NCBI GenBank assembly: GCA_051294375.1
Contig: CM119268.1
Coordinates: forward strand, 6,267,525 to 6,331,524
DNA length: 64,000 bases
Direction: 5' to 3'
Source of the DNA: Paraspadella gotoi
Lineage: Eukaryota > Animalia > Chaetognatha
Positions 1 through 16,642 of the stretch are shown here, one piece after another. The notes beneath the pieces were generated by a model, which made no database searches, had not been told where the DNA came from, and worked only from the letters and a program-made list of their open reading frames with translations. Each line of letters opens with the position of its first letter. Positions within the stretch are counted from its first letter, which is position 1. Both the position numbers and the translations under genes were made by a program.

Positions 1-299
1 GTCTGCGTGAGTCGGTTTACGGCCGAGGAGGCTCTAACAATACAGCGCCACCTCTGTAATACATCGTGAACTGTCATTACCCAACCCAGTCTACACTATA
101 CGGACAACCAGCGCAGATCAAACACACCGTAAAAATTTTAAAATGCAGGCGGGTCAGTGAATCAAATTGGGCGAGTATCGCCGCGGTCACGAAACTAATC
201 ATTGGAAAGTTTCAAGTTCCAAATCATTCCAATAACCCGATAACATTCTCCCCCACCCCATACTGCACAAAGGGCTCGTCCCTACCAGCCAACCCTCAC

Positions 300-3712
<3,413 letters not shown>

Positions 3713-4475
3713 AGTTGGTTGTTGTTGTTGTTCACGTTTGGTTTTTCTTTTTTTTTTGGTTTTTACTTTTTTTTGTAGGTGCGGCAGAAACTAGAATTCA
3801 GGTTCCTTTTTTACAAAAGGCCGGGGTCTAAAGTCGTTACTTAATGTTTTCCTCGGCATTGAGGGTGCACGGGAAATCCGATTAAGATGAATCACGTTTT
3901 CAGATGAATCAGTTTGAATCACGTATTAATTTTCGAACACGCGATCCTTATCGTTGGAAGAGAGAAGACGATTCCTTATCTTTTCTCCCTCGCAGTGATT
4001 TCTTCGGTTGTCGTCGTTGTTGTTGTCGTTGTAGCTGAGGAGGGATTTTTCGTCTCGCTCTTCGCGTCACCGTACGTCGTCACCGTCCTCGTCGCGGACG
4101 CGTATCGCCATGACGTCGTCGCCGCTGTAGTCGTCGTATTCGTCGGATGGACGAAGAGAGATTTAAAAAAAACCTGTTTTCGTATTTCGAGTTAAAATTA
4201 AAAAGGTTCATGAGGATCTGAATTCTTTGCCATTTTTTTTTTCTCCGAGGATCTTCGATAAAAACTCGGTAAAACACCGTTCGACCCCAAACCAGACAAC
4301 AGAGTCGGACGGCAGGCGATATTTAAAGACGGAGTTGGGATTTTTAATTTGTGGCCATAGGCAAAGGCGATTATATCGTAAGACCGCACACACAAAGGGG
4401 AGAGAGAGTGGGATAGGAGTGAGAAGAGAGAGAAGAGGAGGAAAGAGAGAAAAAGGGGAGAAAAGGGGGGGGAGA

Positions 4476-4522
<47 letters not shown>

Positions 4523-4974
4523 GAGACGAGAGAGAGAGAGAGAAGGTGAAAAGGGGAAAGACAGTTCATTTCAAAGAGGTTAAATACATCGATAAACTGA
4601 GTGCCGACTGAGTCACGCGCCACCAGAATTTCATCTAGTTAGACAGCTTAATAAAGAAGGATCAATTCACGATCCACAGAGGTTCAATTTAGATCCAAAA
4701 AAAGGATTACATGAAAACACGAGATAAAACACGAAAAAAAAAAACAAGAATGCCAGTTTTTTCTTTCTCCTGTGGCTGTCGCTGATCGGATCAAAGGGAC
4801 AAAAGCCCCCTGATGTAGTAAAAAAAACGACAAACGATGATGATGATATGAGAAAGAGAGAGAGATAGGAGATAGTGAACGGGAAAAAATGAACTTGCGG
4901 AGAAAAGAAAAAAAAACACTACATCAGACGACGGGTCCTGCGCGTTGAGAGTTGAGAATACACGTCGACCCTTC

Positions 4975-5401
4975 GATGACGTCTTCGACGTGAAAGGGCG
5001 CGACTCGCGACGTTATTGGCGGAGCCACGTGGACGAAAGGATTGAGAGTTCAAGTCGTCCTCCCAACGACGTCGCTAAAACAAAAATATCGACCATTATT
5101 GGCCGCGGCCAAGCGATGGAGAACGCAGCATTGGTCCATCAAGACGGCGAAAGGTGGGCGAAAGTATAGTTACAACTGAATAACGCATAAAGTGCGAATT
5201 AGTGCGTGACGATTGGTTTGATGAGCGCGTGAAAAACCTTCTGATTGGTCCGTGCCGTCGACGAAAAAAAAATATTTTCTTGCTGGTCGACGAAAGAAAT
5301 AGTAATTTTAAAAGTTACTAGGTAATGACGTCGTCAGCGGAAAGAATGCCTTGGGACGAAGGCAATTGGATAACACGATGAGTAATGGACAACACGATTG
5401 G
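4975..5401 (-). promoter_or_regulatory. CCAAT-box (NF-Y) cluster; candidate Pol II promoter for MAP4K
   Basis: ATTGG (CCAAT on the minus strand) at 5015, 5098, 5130, 5212, 5244, 5365 and 5397, giving three pairs exactly 32 bp apart. CRE-like TGACGTC near 4977 and 5326. CpG-rich. Confidence 0.7.
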
Positions 5402-6731
5402 ATGTAAAACCGAACAGGCTTTAAAACTACGTCGCTCTTAAGTTTGAGAACACGACATTTGACTTGCACAAGAAAGTACTCTAACGGATTAGTTAGATTC
5501 GGTTGAAAATTGCCCAATAAACACTCCCGACGTTAATAGCAGGGCAATGAAGACGAGGCAGATTTAACGGAAGGCGGGTGGGGCAATAAGGGAGAAATTT
5601 AAGTAATATGCGGAAAAGTTAAATTATGAGATGTGAGCGGATTGAGTGATATTGGATTAGTATCTAATTGTGATATTGGAATCGGTGACGGTGGTTGGTC
5701 GTCAGGCTCTGTGAATGCAGGCCACCGAGAAGAGACGTCTGGTTGCAAATCCTAAAAACAATGAACAAACAAATGACAAGCGCCGAAAAAAATCTCGTTC
5801 TGCCCCTATTTTTGCCAAATTAAACTAAATATTCGCGAATTGTTTGTGTAAATCGTCAATAAATTAGCAACATGTGTTTTTCTCCATTTATTGCTTCGTT
5901 AGATTGGTCCAAACAGACTTCACCTGGGGTCACAGTCTAATTAATCTCTTAACTCGATTGTGATTCTCATTCCCAACTAACTAAAGGTAATTTAATTAAG
6001 AGCGTCATGTCATATTTGTAGCTGAGTAAAAAACCATCCGAGCACAATTTGAAATAATAAAAAACAACGCTTTTTAAAAACGATCCTAAACTTCATAATG
6101 AACAATAATACCAGAAATACACGATTTAAAAAAAAAACATACATCTCCAAACTGATAGGAGAAGAAAAGTTTTTCTTGGTGTTAAAACAACAATCAACAA
6201 AAACCTCTTTTAGCGAGCGTTTAACATAATACAAAAATTTAAAGCTAGCGATTATTGCTGCTCATACAGTAGTTTCGCTTAAGAGATTTTGCACTTTACA
6301 AAAACAAATTTATAACAAAGACATTACAAAATGCCCCGCTGCGTACAATATTAATTTCGGCAAGTGTGGTCATTTTTAAAATGCTTAGGAAATATCTTTT
6401 AGCAGTATATACGTTAATATGGAGAAAACTTGTAAAATTATAATCCTAGTTTTGTCAAATGTTTAAAATTTGTCAGAGTTGCCAGAGTTGTCACAAGACT
6501 ACTTTACCCCCTTTTATTGACGTAAACACTACTATATATTCTATCGGCATAATTTCGCGTTGCATTCCCATATACGCTCAGATATCATAATAGCCCGTGA
6601 GTTATATGATTTTTTTTTTCCGAAGTTAGTTTCTGGACACTGGAGAGTCGGAATAACGATTAAGGCCTTATGGTGAAAAAACTACTACAAAAAGGACGCT
6701 TGGATTAAGAGCGACGAAAACAACGCTGGAC

Positions 6732-6772
<41 letters not shown>

Positions 6773-6802
6773 GCAGTCGCAGTTCTTTTTCTTCGTATTT
6801 AA

Positions 6803-9769
6803 TCAAGAGGAGTCTTTCGGAGCCAGAGCGGGCGTCGCCGGCGGGGTGTGCTTCTCTTTCTCCAACTCTGCCTGGAGTCTTTCCATCATCTCGCGCATGC
6901 GTTTCAATTCTTCCTCCTGTACAAAGAGAGAATACACGAACATACGATGAAAAAATTAAATGTAAAGGATAAGCAATAGGGTGGAGTGATTGAACATTAT
7001 TTTTTTACTGCTTATGGATATGTAATCAATAAATTTTAAATCCTTTTAAAAATATTTTTAGTATAACAGTATAATAAATTCAATTATTTATATAGCAATA
7101 TCCTTATAAAATCAAAACTATGAAACTTTTATAAAATATGTTATATGATATTTTAATGTTTAGACCGCAAAAAATGATTAAAACGTTTTAATATATATAA
7201 GTTTTTACTACAGAGAATAAAAAAGTGCTGAATTTTCACCTTTTTCCCCGTTTTAAATACTGAAAATGACATAATTTTTTATAACACATTTTATATTTTT
7301 AATTTAACTTTTTATGAAGAATCTGAATCTATAATAAAAGTTTTAAAAAAATTAAAAATTTACTATTTTATAAGAATAAAATATATATAATATATAATAG
7401 AATATTACTACAAATATATTATATTTTACTATTCTGTTCCCGAAACAATATAAACAAAATATTTTTTATACTAATTAATCATACTATCTCACATCTAAAT
7501 ATCCTTGTTCTCCACTCTAATAAGCAATTAAGCATTGCCTGGTTCCTCTAACCTTTTGCAGCAACAGCACGTCGCGGTCTTGCGGCACCGCAGGTCTTGT
7601 CGGTGGAACAGTGGCTGAGGGTGTTGGCGGGCCGGTTGGCGGACGAGCCGCGGCTGCAGAAAAGTATGGATCGTTTAGTTCGCGTATGAGGCCAATGATT
7701 CAAGAAACAATTGAGTCGAAACAAAACGTATAAGGCTTCACCTGGTGCGTGTCGACTTTTGGCAAGTTTCTCAGATCTGAAGTTTTCGTAGTGAAGTTCT
7801 TGCGTCACCTCCTGTGAAGAAAATATGTTAACGGTTTTAAGGACGATGACGACGGTAAAGTTAGCCTCATCCCCCCCCCTCCCATATGAACCTGCATGTC
7901 CTGCATGTGTGTGATCAGCATTGAGCGCAGCTTGATAAAGTCGCAGTGTGCGGGGTTCTCCACTTCCACGACGCCCCAAGGGTACATCCGCCCTCGCACC
8001 TTCTTCCCGCGAACCTCAATGATCTGATTGGCGCCGCAGACGGCGAAGGGAATCGCGTCCCGAAGTTGTTGGTTCTGAAAAGGCGTAAAAAATGGGGCGG
8101 GAGGTGGAGTTAAAATAGCAGAGAGTTGTGAAAGTTTATTTAGACTCCAATTTATGAAATGCAATCTAACTGATGGGTCGATCCAGTATCTATATCTCTC
8201 TATGAGTAAAGACAAAGTAAAAGTCCAAAATATAGGCAAAAGAAGTATATTCTCTGAGAGGGAGCACTCGAGCTGAAGAAGAACCCAAGACAGAACTAAA
8301 TTCTCTTTCTTTTCTCCTTCTTGTCGTCGCTCGAGGAGGAGGAAGTGAAAGAGGTAAAGAGGCGTTAGAGAAAGAAGAAAAGGTGTTGCGATCGTTAATG
8401 GGAAAGAGAAATGGGGAATCCGATGGAATCTACGGTCAATTTTTCCAATTCCCACGCAACAATCTTTTTTTTTTATTTACAATCACAAAGCAAGTCATCT
8501 TTACTGGATTCTTGCCTGTTTTTTGAAATCCTCGTCTTCGTCGCTCTCGCACTCTGGGATCTCGTAAATCTGGATCCCGTTTTCGTTGATCTCGCCGAGA
8601 ATGCGTTGCTTGAGTCGGGTCAGCTCTTTCTTGGTCAAAGTGTCCGATTTGGCGATCACGGGCACGATGTTTACTTTGCTGTGCAGCGCCTGAAAAAACG
8701 TGACTGGTTATTAAAAAGGGAAAAATCGATGCAATGACACTTGACTTGAAACCGAAAGAAGTACCCCTATAGCTTTACTAAGTCAGCCTTGAATCTAAAA
8801 TTGATTTTATCCAGAAAAAATAAGACCATGTCATATTGATCAACTTACTTTCATAAAGTTAATGTCGAGGGGCTTGAGTCCGTGACCCGTTGGGGATATG
8901 AAATAGAAGCAGCAGTGAACGCGGTTGTCCCGGATGTTGCGTCGATTGAGGCCGGACTCGTCCTTCAAATACTTTTCGAACTGAAGTGAAGAGAATTAGA
9001 AGAGGTTAGGGGGAATGCTTAGACGGCGAGGGGTTTGAAGTGGACATAGTCAAACAGTTGCTATTTATGTACGTCTTATATCTCCGGGTCGTGACTACCG
9101 ACGTCCTCATTCGCTTCGAGACATAAAAACCAAAACCAGAAATCTCGAAAAATCGAAATTCTAGACTTAATACTTTTTTAATTCATTTTAAGAAAAAGAG
9201 GCATATCGAATTTCGCATCTTGCTCGAGGAGTAAAGCTCTCGTTTTCCGCCCGCCTTCCCTCCTCACTTCTCAACGATCGATCCGAGTCGAAAGAAAGAA
9301 GTCGGGTCGACATTCGAACCTGCTCGTCGATGTAGGCGATGATGGCTTTGAAGCAGCCTTCGTTGTCGATGGCGTCGCCGTAGCCGGGGGTGTCGACGAC
9401 GGTGAGGCGGAGGCGGACGCCGCGTTCCTCGATCTCCACCGAGGATTCCTCCAACTTGACCGTCTGAGAAAATAAGGGGGGGGGAGGAGAAGATTAGAAA
9501 CTTTAGCTTTCTTAGCGGATTCTAGATGTAGCCAACTTTGGAAAGAGGGCCACCAGGCCACCTGTATTTACTTGCGGTTATACTACAAAAATTTAAAAAT
9601 CAAGAAGGAAAAAAGATTCTCCTTATTAACCCCCTACGGTTCCTTCGCGAAAAACATTCTTCGAATATCTCCGGTTTAGTAAAAAAAAATCACTAAAACG
9701 AAACAAAGGAACAGGGTGGAGGTGAAGACAGAAAATCTAAAATATTAGAAAAAACAGCGGAAAACAGAG

Positions 9770-9812
<43 letters not shown>

Positions 9813-10418
9813 CTATAGTTAATTTTTTCTTCTACATAGATTTTTTTAAAATTCTGGCATAAATTCAGAATTGAAAATGTCGATAATCGAGAAAGACTTC
9901 GTGAAATGTGTGAAAACACCGGGGGCAGCAAAGAAATAAAACGAGGAGGCGGAAAACAGACGCGCTGAGTTTCGAGACCGACTGTACCGAATTTCGTTTT
10001 AGTACCGGACAACAAAATACAAATGTAGCAAAAATCCCTGACCCAAATTACCTGTTTGATTTTGTTGATGGCGTCGGGCACGATCCGATCGGGATACAAG
10101 TCGGTGAGGAAGAGGCTGTTCACGAGAGTCGACTTACCCAAACCAGATTCGCCCACCACCATCAGCGTGAACTCGAAGCCTTTCTTCACCGATTTACGGT
10201 GAACCTGTTTAAAGAGATTCAACGTAGATTCAGGAAATTTTTTTTTAAATCTCGACCGAATCCGTAACTTACTTTTCATCAAACGTTAACAATTTTAACA
10301 AACTCGGAAGAATACTCGCCTGATTTGGAAGATTGGCGAATCCGACGTAACCGGGGGTTTCGGGGTTGGAAAATTGCCCCTGTTGTTGTTGTTGTTGTTG
10401 TTGCTGTTGTTCCGACAT
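6803..10418 (-). CDS. SEPTIN2: Septin, SEPT2/Sep1 group
   Basis: Exons 10320-10418, 10052-10204, 9320-9463, 8849-8980, 8516-8689, 7892-8074, 7742-7811, 7553-7653, 6803-6916. Motifs: [67 protein letters not shown], plus a C-terminal coiled coil. Two introns have GC donors. Confidence 0.95.
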
Positions 10419-10549
10419 GATCGATGCTTTTTCTTAAAAACTTTTAAAAAAGTCAAGAGCGTCACGATTCCGAATACTTTGGGATCATCATATAAGTCCA
10501 GTAAACATCTGTGACGAGAATGAATCGAACGATATGCAAACGAAATTGA

Positions 10550-10585
<36 letters not shown>

Positions 10586-11774
10586 GAGAGAGAGAGAGGA
10601 GAGAGAGAGAGAAGAGAGGAGAGAGAGACATTAGCTCGAGTTTGGTTTTTCACATCCAATCGGTTGACTCGTTAAGACTGGGAAAGAAAGGAAGGGGAGA
10701 GAAAAACCCCGAACGAAGAAGATCGCCGATCAAAGGGAAACGTTAAACCCACAACACGACGAGAGAGATGAGAGAGATCTACTCCGAGAGAGAGAGAGAG
10801 AGGGAAGTGTTTGTGGCGAGTGAGCGAGCGAAAAAAATTAAGGAGCGGTTATTTTTCCATTCTTGAGAGCGATGAAAACTCCGGAATCGAAGATAAGCGC
10901 GACGATATAAGTCAAAATAATATTTTTTAAAAAAAAAAATTAATTCCAATTTTAGAGAACAAATTAATTTACGAAGGAAGTTTGAAGATACGACTGCCGA
11001 ACGCCGGTTGAGAATGGAGAAGAATAAATATCACATAGCGCTCGATAATTATCCGTCGATTTGGGCAAAACAAAACTACAAATTCGGTGTCCCGCGATGA
11101 TTAATCTTGATATTCTCAATATTACTATAGAAAAATATAAAAACAGAAAACCACTGGCGATGATTAATTATTATTTTTTTCACTCGACATAACCGAACGA
11201 CATTTTCAGCGTATAAACTTTAGTGGACGAAGCACGAAAGCGCAAACAAACCAGAGTTCGATACAAAATATTGAGGTTGCCGCCGAAGATTATATTTATC
11301 AACCATCGCATGTTATTCATGAAAATTCAAACCAAAGAAAAAAAATTTTTTCCCCATTTTTTTTTTGTTCAAAGAAATGCATTGAGATTCGAAAGAGAGA
11401 AAAAGAGAGTCGGGCCGGACGACGATAGGGACGACGATAGAGCACGATTGACGATAGAATAAAAATCCCATTGAGGCGAATGATATCGACGAGAGGGGGA
11501 GAGGACATTGCTGCAAGGGGCTTTTCGTTTGGGTTTTCTTTAAGTATTTTTACAATGGAAGATTATCACATAATTTAGAGAAAATTCTCCGATAAAGGCG
11601 TTTCCAGAAAATCATCAGAGGCGTCACGACTTGTAAATAAACTGTCCGTGTAATAATAAAGTAGATATCTCGGGATAATGAAATTCCACTCGAATCCAAT
11701 CGGCTGAACCTTTTAAAATCGCGACGGGAGTTAATGATGCAACGAATAGAGAGAGAGTAAGAGAGAGAGAGAGA

Positions 11775-11832
<58 letters not shown>

Positions 11833-12529
11833 TTTGTTGAGCGAAAAAAGGGTAGAATGTCATAACATTATCTGGATTACATTTGCCGAGAACGATGTCG
11901 CGTGCGAGGAGAAGGCTTAAGACTGAAGGTTTACGGGAAAGACATATTGGAGAGAGATGTTGAACGGCGAGAAAGAAAAAAAAAACATTTTTACGATGAA
12001 ATCGACTCATTAGTATTTTATTTTGTAAAGACCAGTACATGCCGACTCCCTTCCCCCGGATATAAAAGCTTTGGCGTCGTAAAAAGGGGAAAACCACCAT
12101 CAATGCAGGTTTACGCGACTTCTTGGGGATTAGAGAGTGGTGATAGCGTTAGCGGCAGTGACGAATTCCAAGTCCTTAAACCTTGACCCGGTTTTTCTTC
12201 TCTGGCCGGTAAAAAAAAACACTTTTTTTCCGGTAAGGAAAACTCGTCTGGATCTTCAATTTTGATGCGACGTCAGTGACGTTTTTCATTCCAAAGTCGA
12301 CACTTGTCAGCGAGCATTCAGATCAGTGATGTTCGAGGTTTCTTAAACGGTGCGCTAGATTAGGGAGAGAATTTCTTTTTTCTTATCAATAAAAATAAGT
12401 ATATCGTATAAAACACACACACACGATATCTCGAATGGGGCTATTAAAGCAATCTGAAAAAAAAAATCACGATCATTATCAAGGCAAATTTTGAGATTAA
12501 CAATCAAAATTTTAATATTAATTCTGGAA

Positions 12530-14078
12530 TTAAGTTTCATCAATTAGCTCGTCCCAAACGAAACGCCTTTCGTTTTTCCTCACGATCTCTTTCTCGACCG
12601 CTTCCAAAAGCTCGAACACTTTTTTTCTGTACAACTCGGGATGGCTTCTCAAGTGCTGGACATGCAAACTAGACTGCAGATAAACGTCTGTAAGCTAATT
12701 TTTTTTGGAAACGAAAAAGAAAACATTTTTTAAGGTTTCCAACTCTTGTGTAGCGTTAGTATTTTATACCCGCCAGTCAGCAGCACCTATGGCGCCGGAG
12801 GAAGCACGAGCTACTCCCAACCCAAAGGACTCGGGTTCGCGCCCAACTGATTCACACATCTAAAAGCGGGACGGGGCGTCTAACCCATTTATATCGAGTA
12901 AGTGACGGACGACAGCCCGATCCGAAGTTCGGGACGTTGTGTTCAACGGACGGTGAACTGCTCGCGGCATTGTCTTCCACATTGGTGAGCCCGATGTGAT
13001 GTATTATCGACGGAATGACGAATCTCTTTCCAAACTTTGAAGATTTTTACCCTTCAGCTTAGTCAAGCAGAAAAATGTTTCATCAGTCGGGTACCTTAGC
13101 CATCTCTTAGCCCCTTTCTTGGTCCAGCCCCAGCGTATTAAGATATATGGCATGGAATGACCATAGAGATTAAAGCAAAACCTCCCCACCAAAGGCCCAA
13201 CCACCTCCACACCAGACATTCCCCGCGGCGCCGTACCTCCATTTTCCCGCGCCATTTCCCGAGAACCTCCTCGAAGTGCTGCACATTGAGTGACGGGTCG
13301 ACGTCGGAGTAAAAGGCGAGAGTTGGAACCTGCGGAGGCCGCTCGATGAGACCGTTCAAAACATTGGAGAAGTTGGGGACGTAGTTTGGGTTGAGGATGG
13401 ACCACCCGCGGATGCTGAGTGAAAAGAGACGACGCAAAGGGAGCGGAAAATGCGGTAACACCAGTTCCGGCGTCGCGTGCATTACTTGGGCGATGTTCAC
13501 GTTCGTGTGAGCGGGGCTGCGTGTTGCGATGGAGTAGGGAAGAATCAATTTTCAGAAGAAATATTCGTCTTTGTGGACCGTGAACCGACCTGTCCAAAAC
13601 TTGTCCCACGATCTTTTCTCTGAAGATGGGTACACTGCGCCGCTCGTCTTGATATAGATGAAGCGCATATAACGTGGCTCCCATAGACATCATATGTACC
13701 ACGATTTTATCTTCTGGATTTAGGATTCTCGACATCAACTAATACGTACAAAGTCGTGCATGACAAAAATCTTTCCTTACTGCGCATTCAAAGTGTTGGG
13801 AGGTTTCTCACCTCCAAGTTTTCTTCGGCGAGACCTAAACCTTTCCGAATTTTCGAAATGTCCTTGAGTTTCGGGTTTGGCAGAGAGATGACGCGGAGAG
13901 GGCGCCCGGTTGATTCGTAGTAGTCAGCGTAGAGACGCACATATTTATTTTGGTGTTCGACGGTCGACCAGTAGTAGGGCAGATTGAAGAGCGTGACGGG
14001 CGAGAGAGACTCGTGACAGGGCCACGAAGACGTCATCAGAATCAATCGCGAACTCAGTTTCGAAGTGACCAACGACAT
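12530..14078 (-). CDS. TMEM53/DUF829-like alpha/beta-hydrolase-fold protein
   Basis: Exons 13812-14078, 13590-13738, 13237-13516, 12530-12694. Motifs resembling TMEM53: IVVHMMSMGA, IVGQVLDSPA, PTLAFYSDVD, SLHVQHLRSHPELY. Confidence 0.75.
12782..13010 (+). mobile_element. Probable tRNA-derived SINE in the TMEM53-like intron
   Basis: A-box-like TGGCGCCGGAGG (12790) and B-box-like GGTTCGCGCC (about 12834) at tRNA spacing, followed by a GC-rich body in an AT-rich intron. Boundaries are approximate. Confidence 0.5.
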
Positions 14079-15018
14079 TCCCTGGGCTCAGTCGCTTTCG
14101 TGAAGCGATCCACCAATTTTAGTCACAGATTCGACACGATTAAAAAAAAAAATCAAATCTGGAAAATGAAAATCTTTGACGTACAACGAGAAACGTTCTC
14201 AGCAGTTTTCATTCATTTTCCGCGAGAGGAGATCACGAAATCCTACAAGTTAACACCACCACCGTCCACCCCGTCGAGCGATGAGTAACGAAAGCTGCGT
14301 TCAACTTTTGCTCCACAAGAAGTTACCAACGGCTCGCTAGAGATTGAGAAGGGAGAACGCGGAACGAAAAAAACAAAAGATCTACCTTCCTTCTCGTAAA
14401 GTTTTACCACGTTCTTTCTATTACTATTAGTATATTTCATACACTACAATATTAACAGCTTTTCCAAGAAATTGAAAAATTTCTAAAAAATTCGTTATTT
14501 TGAAGCTTAAAAAGACAAAAACATAATACCTGGAAAACGAAAATTAGACATTTTTAAAAATAATCAATCCTTGCTTTTTTTTTAACTGTCCTAAAACATG
14601 TTTGATTCTCTATCGATCAATTTAGACATCGTCTCTGGTCTAATCGTCTTCGACATTTGTTGCATCGGTGAAGAGAAATATAATAATCCCTTTGATCAAA
14701 TTACATGTTCAGCGATGACGAGGAGAAAAACGGCTAGCTAATAGTAGTAATACACGAGTAGTACAAGTACTACTGAGAGTTAACACTGCGTTTCAAACTA
14801 TTTTATCAGCCTGGAAGTTATTTTGGAATTTTAAAATTAAATAATTTATTCGTCTTAATCTTTTCATTACAACCAAAATCACAGCCATTGATCCCTGAAA
14901 AATAAAAAAATTAAATCATAGTATCACAACATAATTAACTAATAAGTAAAAACAAAACCGAAAGCCCAAAAATTTCATAACATTCGGAAATTCGATAGTC
15001 GATTATTGAATAAATAAA

Positions 15019-16487
15019 TCATTCATCGATCCGCGAAAAGAAGTCGTCGTAGATGCTCCTCATTCTGCGCAACATGGGAACGTGAAAGGCGTCAAAGTCG
15101 ACGCCGTCGACGTTGCGATCGGCGGAGGCGGTGACGCCGTTGCGAAACCCGCGCGATGTGAGAACGTCCAATAACGAACCCTCCTAGGAAAAAATGAAAA
15201 GCAAAATCGACCGTTGAACGTGAAAAATCTAAATAGTAGGAGACATTATTACCAACCCAGCCCCCTTCCATACCCACGTCACCTTTTCTGGCGTCGGCAG
15301 TTCCAATCCCTGATCAATTCTCGCCAACTCGACGCCGTTTTCCGCCGCTGCGACGCGAAAGACGTCGCATCCATGCAAAACGGCCACGGCGTTGGAGAGG
15401 GCGTAGGCGCCCCAATTGCTGACGCCGGCGAAAACTGTGAAATCCGCCTCGACGGCGCAGGCTATCTTGTCTCCGTTGGGAATATAAGTACGCGTGGCTG
15501 GAATGATGTGATTGACGTGGCTAACATTTTCGAACAGTCGTCGATATATCCGTGTGTGGACCCAACAAGTTTGTCCACACGTGGACAATTAACAATTACC
15601 CTCAGCGGCGGCGCCGGTTCCGAGTTCGTTCCCTCCGTCACCGACGCCAGTCGTCGCCACCCTCGTCGACGCTCGCGCCGACCTGAAGACGTCGTCGATG
15701 CGAGAGTCGACGAGACGAGAAATGGACACGCCGCGCATCGTGTAATGTTGGCCGTCAGCTGGCGGGCCAGCTCGTTCGATGGCTGAGGGAGAGAGGAAGA
15801 ATAATGATTCCATCTTTCTGTATCCTTTGTATTCTCCCCTTACCAACCGATTACGTGATCGAAACCGCCTCGCCTAAGGTATTCCTCGGGATGCAGTTAA
15901 CCCACTCAACTCGGATCCCCGGAAACGTCAACCCGGCCTCGGCGGCCGCGTCGACGACCGCCTTCAATGTTGGCGCTGCCCTCTCGTCCACTGCCCTTGT
16001 AATTTAGAAACAAAGTTAAAAAAAATGAATCCATTTTCATGAAAGTTATTTATATGTAGTTGATCCTCACAAAACAACGGCCTTTCCGAGACTACGGAGC
16101 GTAGAAGCCAAGAGAATAGCCCCGGGCGGCCCGTCAGTCTCTTCGGGAACTGGAAGAGTTGGGTGACATGGAAACCCGGTCACGATGAGGACCGACTAGG
16201 ACGGAATGAGCGTGAGAAAGGATTTTCTTCGCCGATAATTTATAATGATTTTTCATCCGTCACATTTTCGCCAACTTACCATCGCCATAAGAGGCTCACG
16301 GCGGATTTAAACATTTCCCCTGGCATTACCAAACGCCCGATACCGCGATTCCAGGGTCATCGCTGCACGCCAACTCGAGGGCATCGACGGCAGCGACGGC
16401 GCGGCGAGATGCGAGGGCATGGCGCCAATAGGCGGAGGCACCGGTAGCTAAGCGAAGCAAATCGGCTTTGAGGGCAAAGGCCCCCAT
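15019..16487 (-). CDS. D-glutamate cyclase C-terminal domain (DUF4392)-only protein; three apparent 1-nt frameshifts as assembled
   Basis: Motifs DPG[fs][16 protein letters not shown]...[42 protein letters not shown] and GFRNGVT...VDG across six exons. The ATG at 16487 directly follows CCCAAAG|A. Confidence 0.8.
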
Positions 16488-16642
16488 TCTTTGGGAAAAA
16501 ACCGTGGAAATAATTCAGCATGAACACAAAAATATCGAATAAGTATGGATATAAAAAATAAAACATAAAAACTATAAAAAAATTTGAATTCAAATCGAGT
16601 CATGTTTTTAATTACGTTTAGTTTAAACACCGAATCATTTCC

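Noticed and set aside
4198-4623. LSLSLS/RERERE ORFs (also near 10.5 kb and 11.8 kb)
   Set aside because: They are translations of GA microsatellites.
14275-14310. CGATGAGTAACGAAAGC as a minimal hammerhead
   Set aside because: The core lacks the U of CUGAUGA and has no convincing stems I or III.
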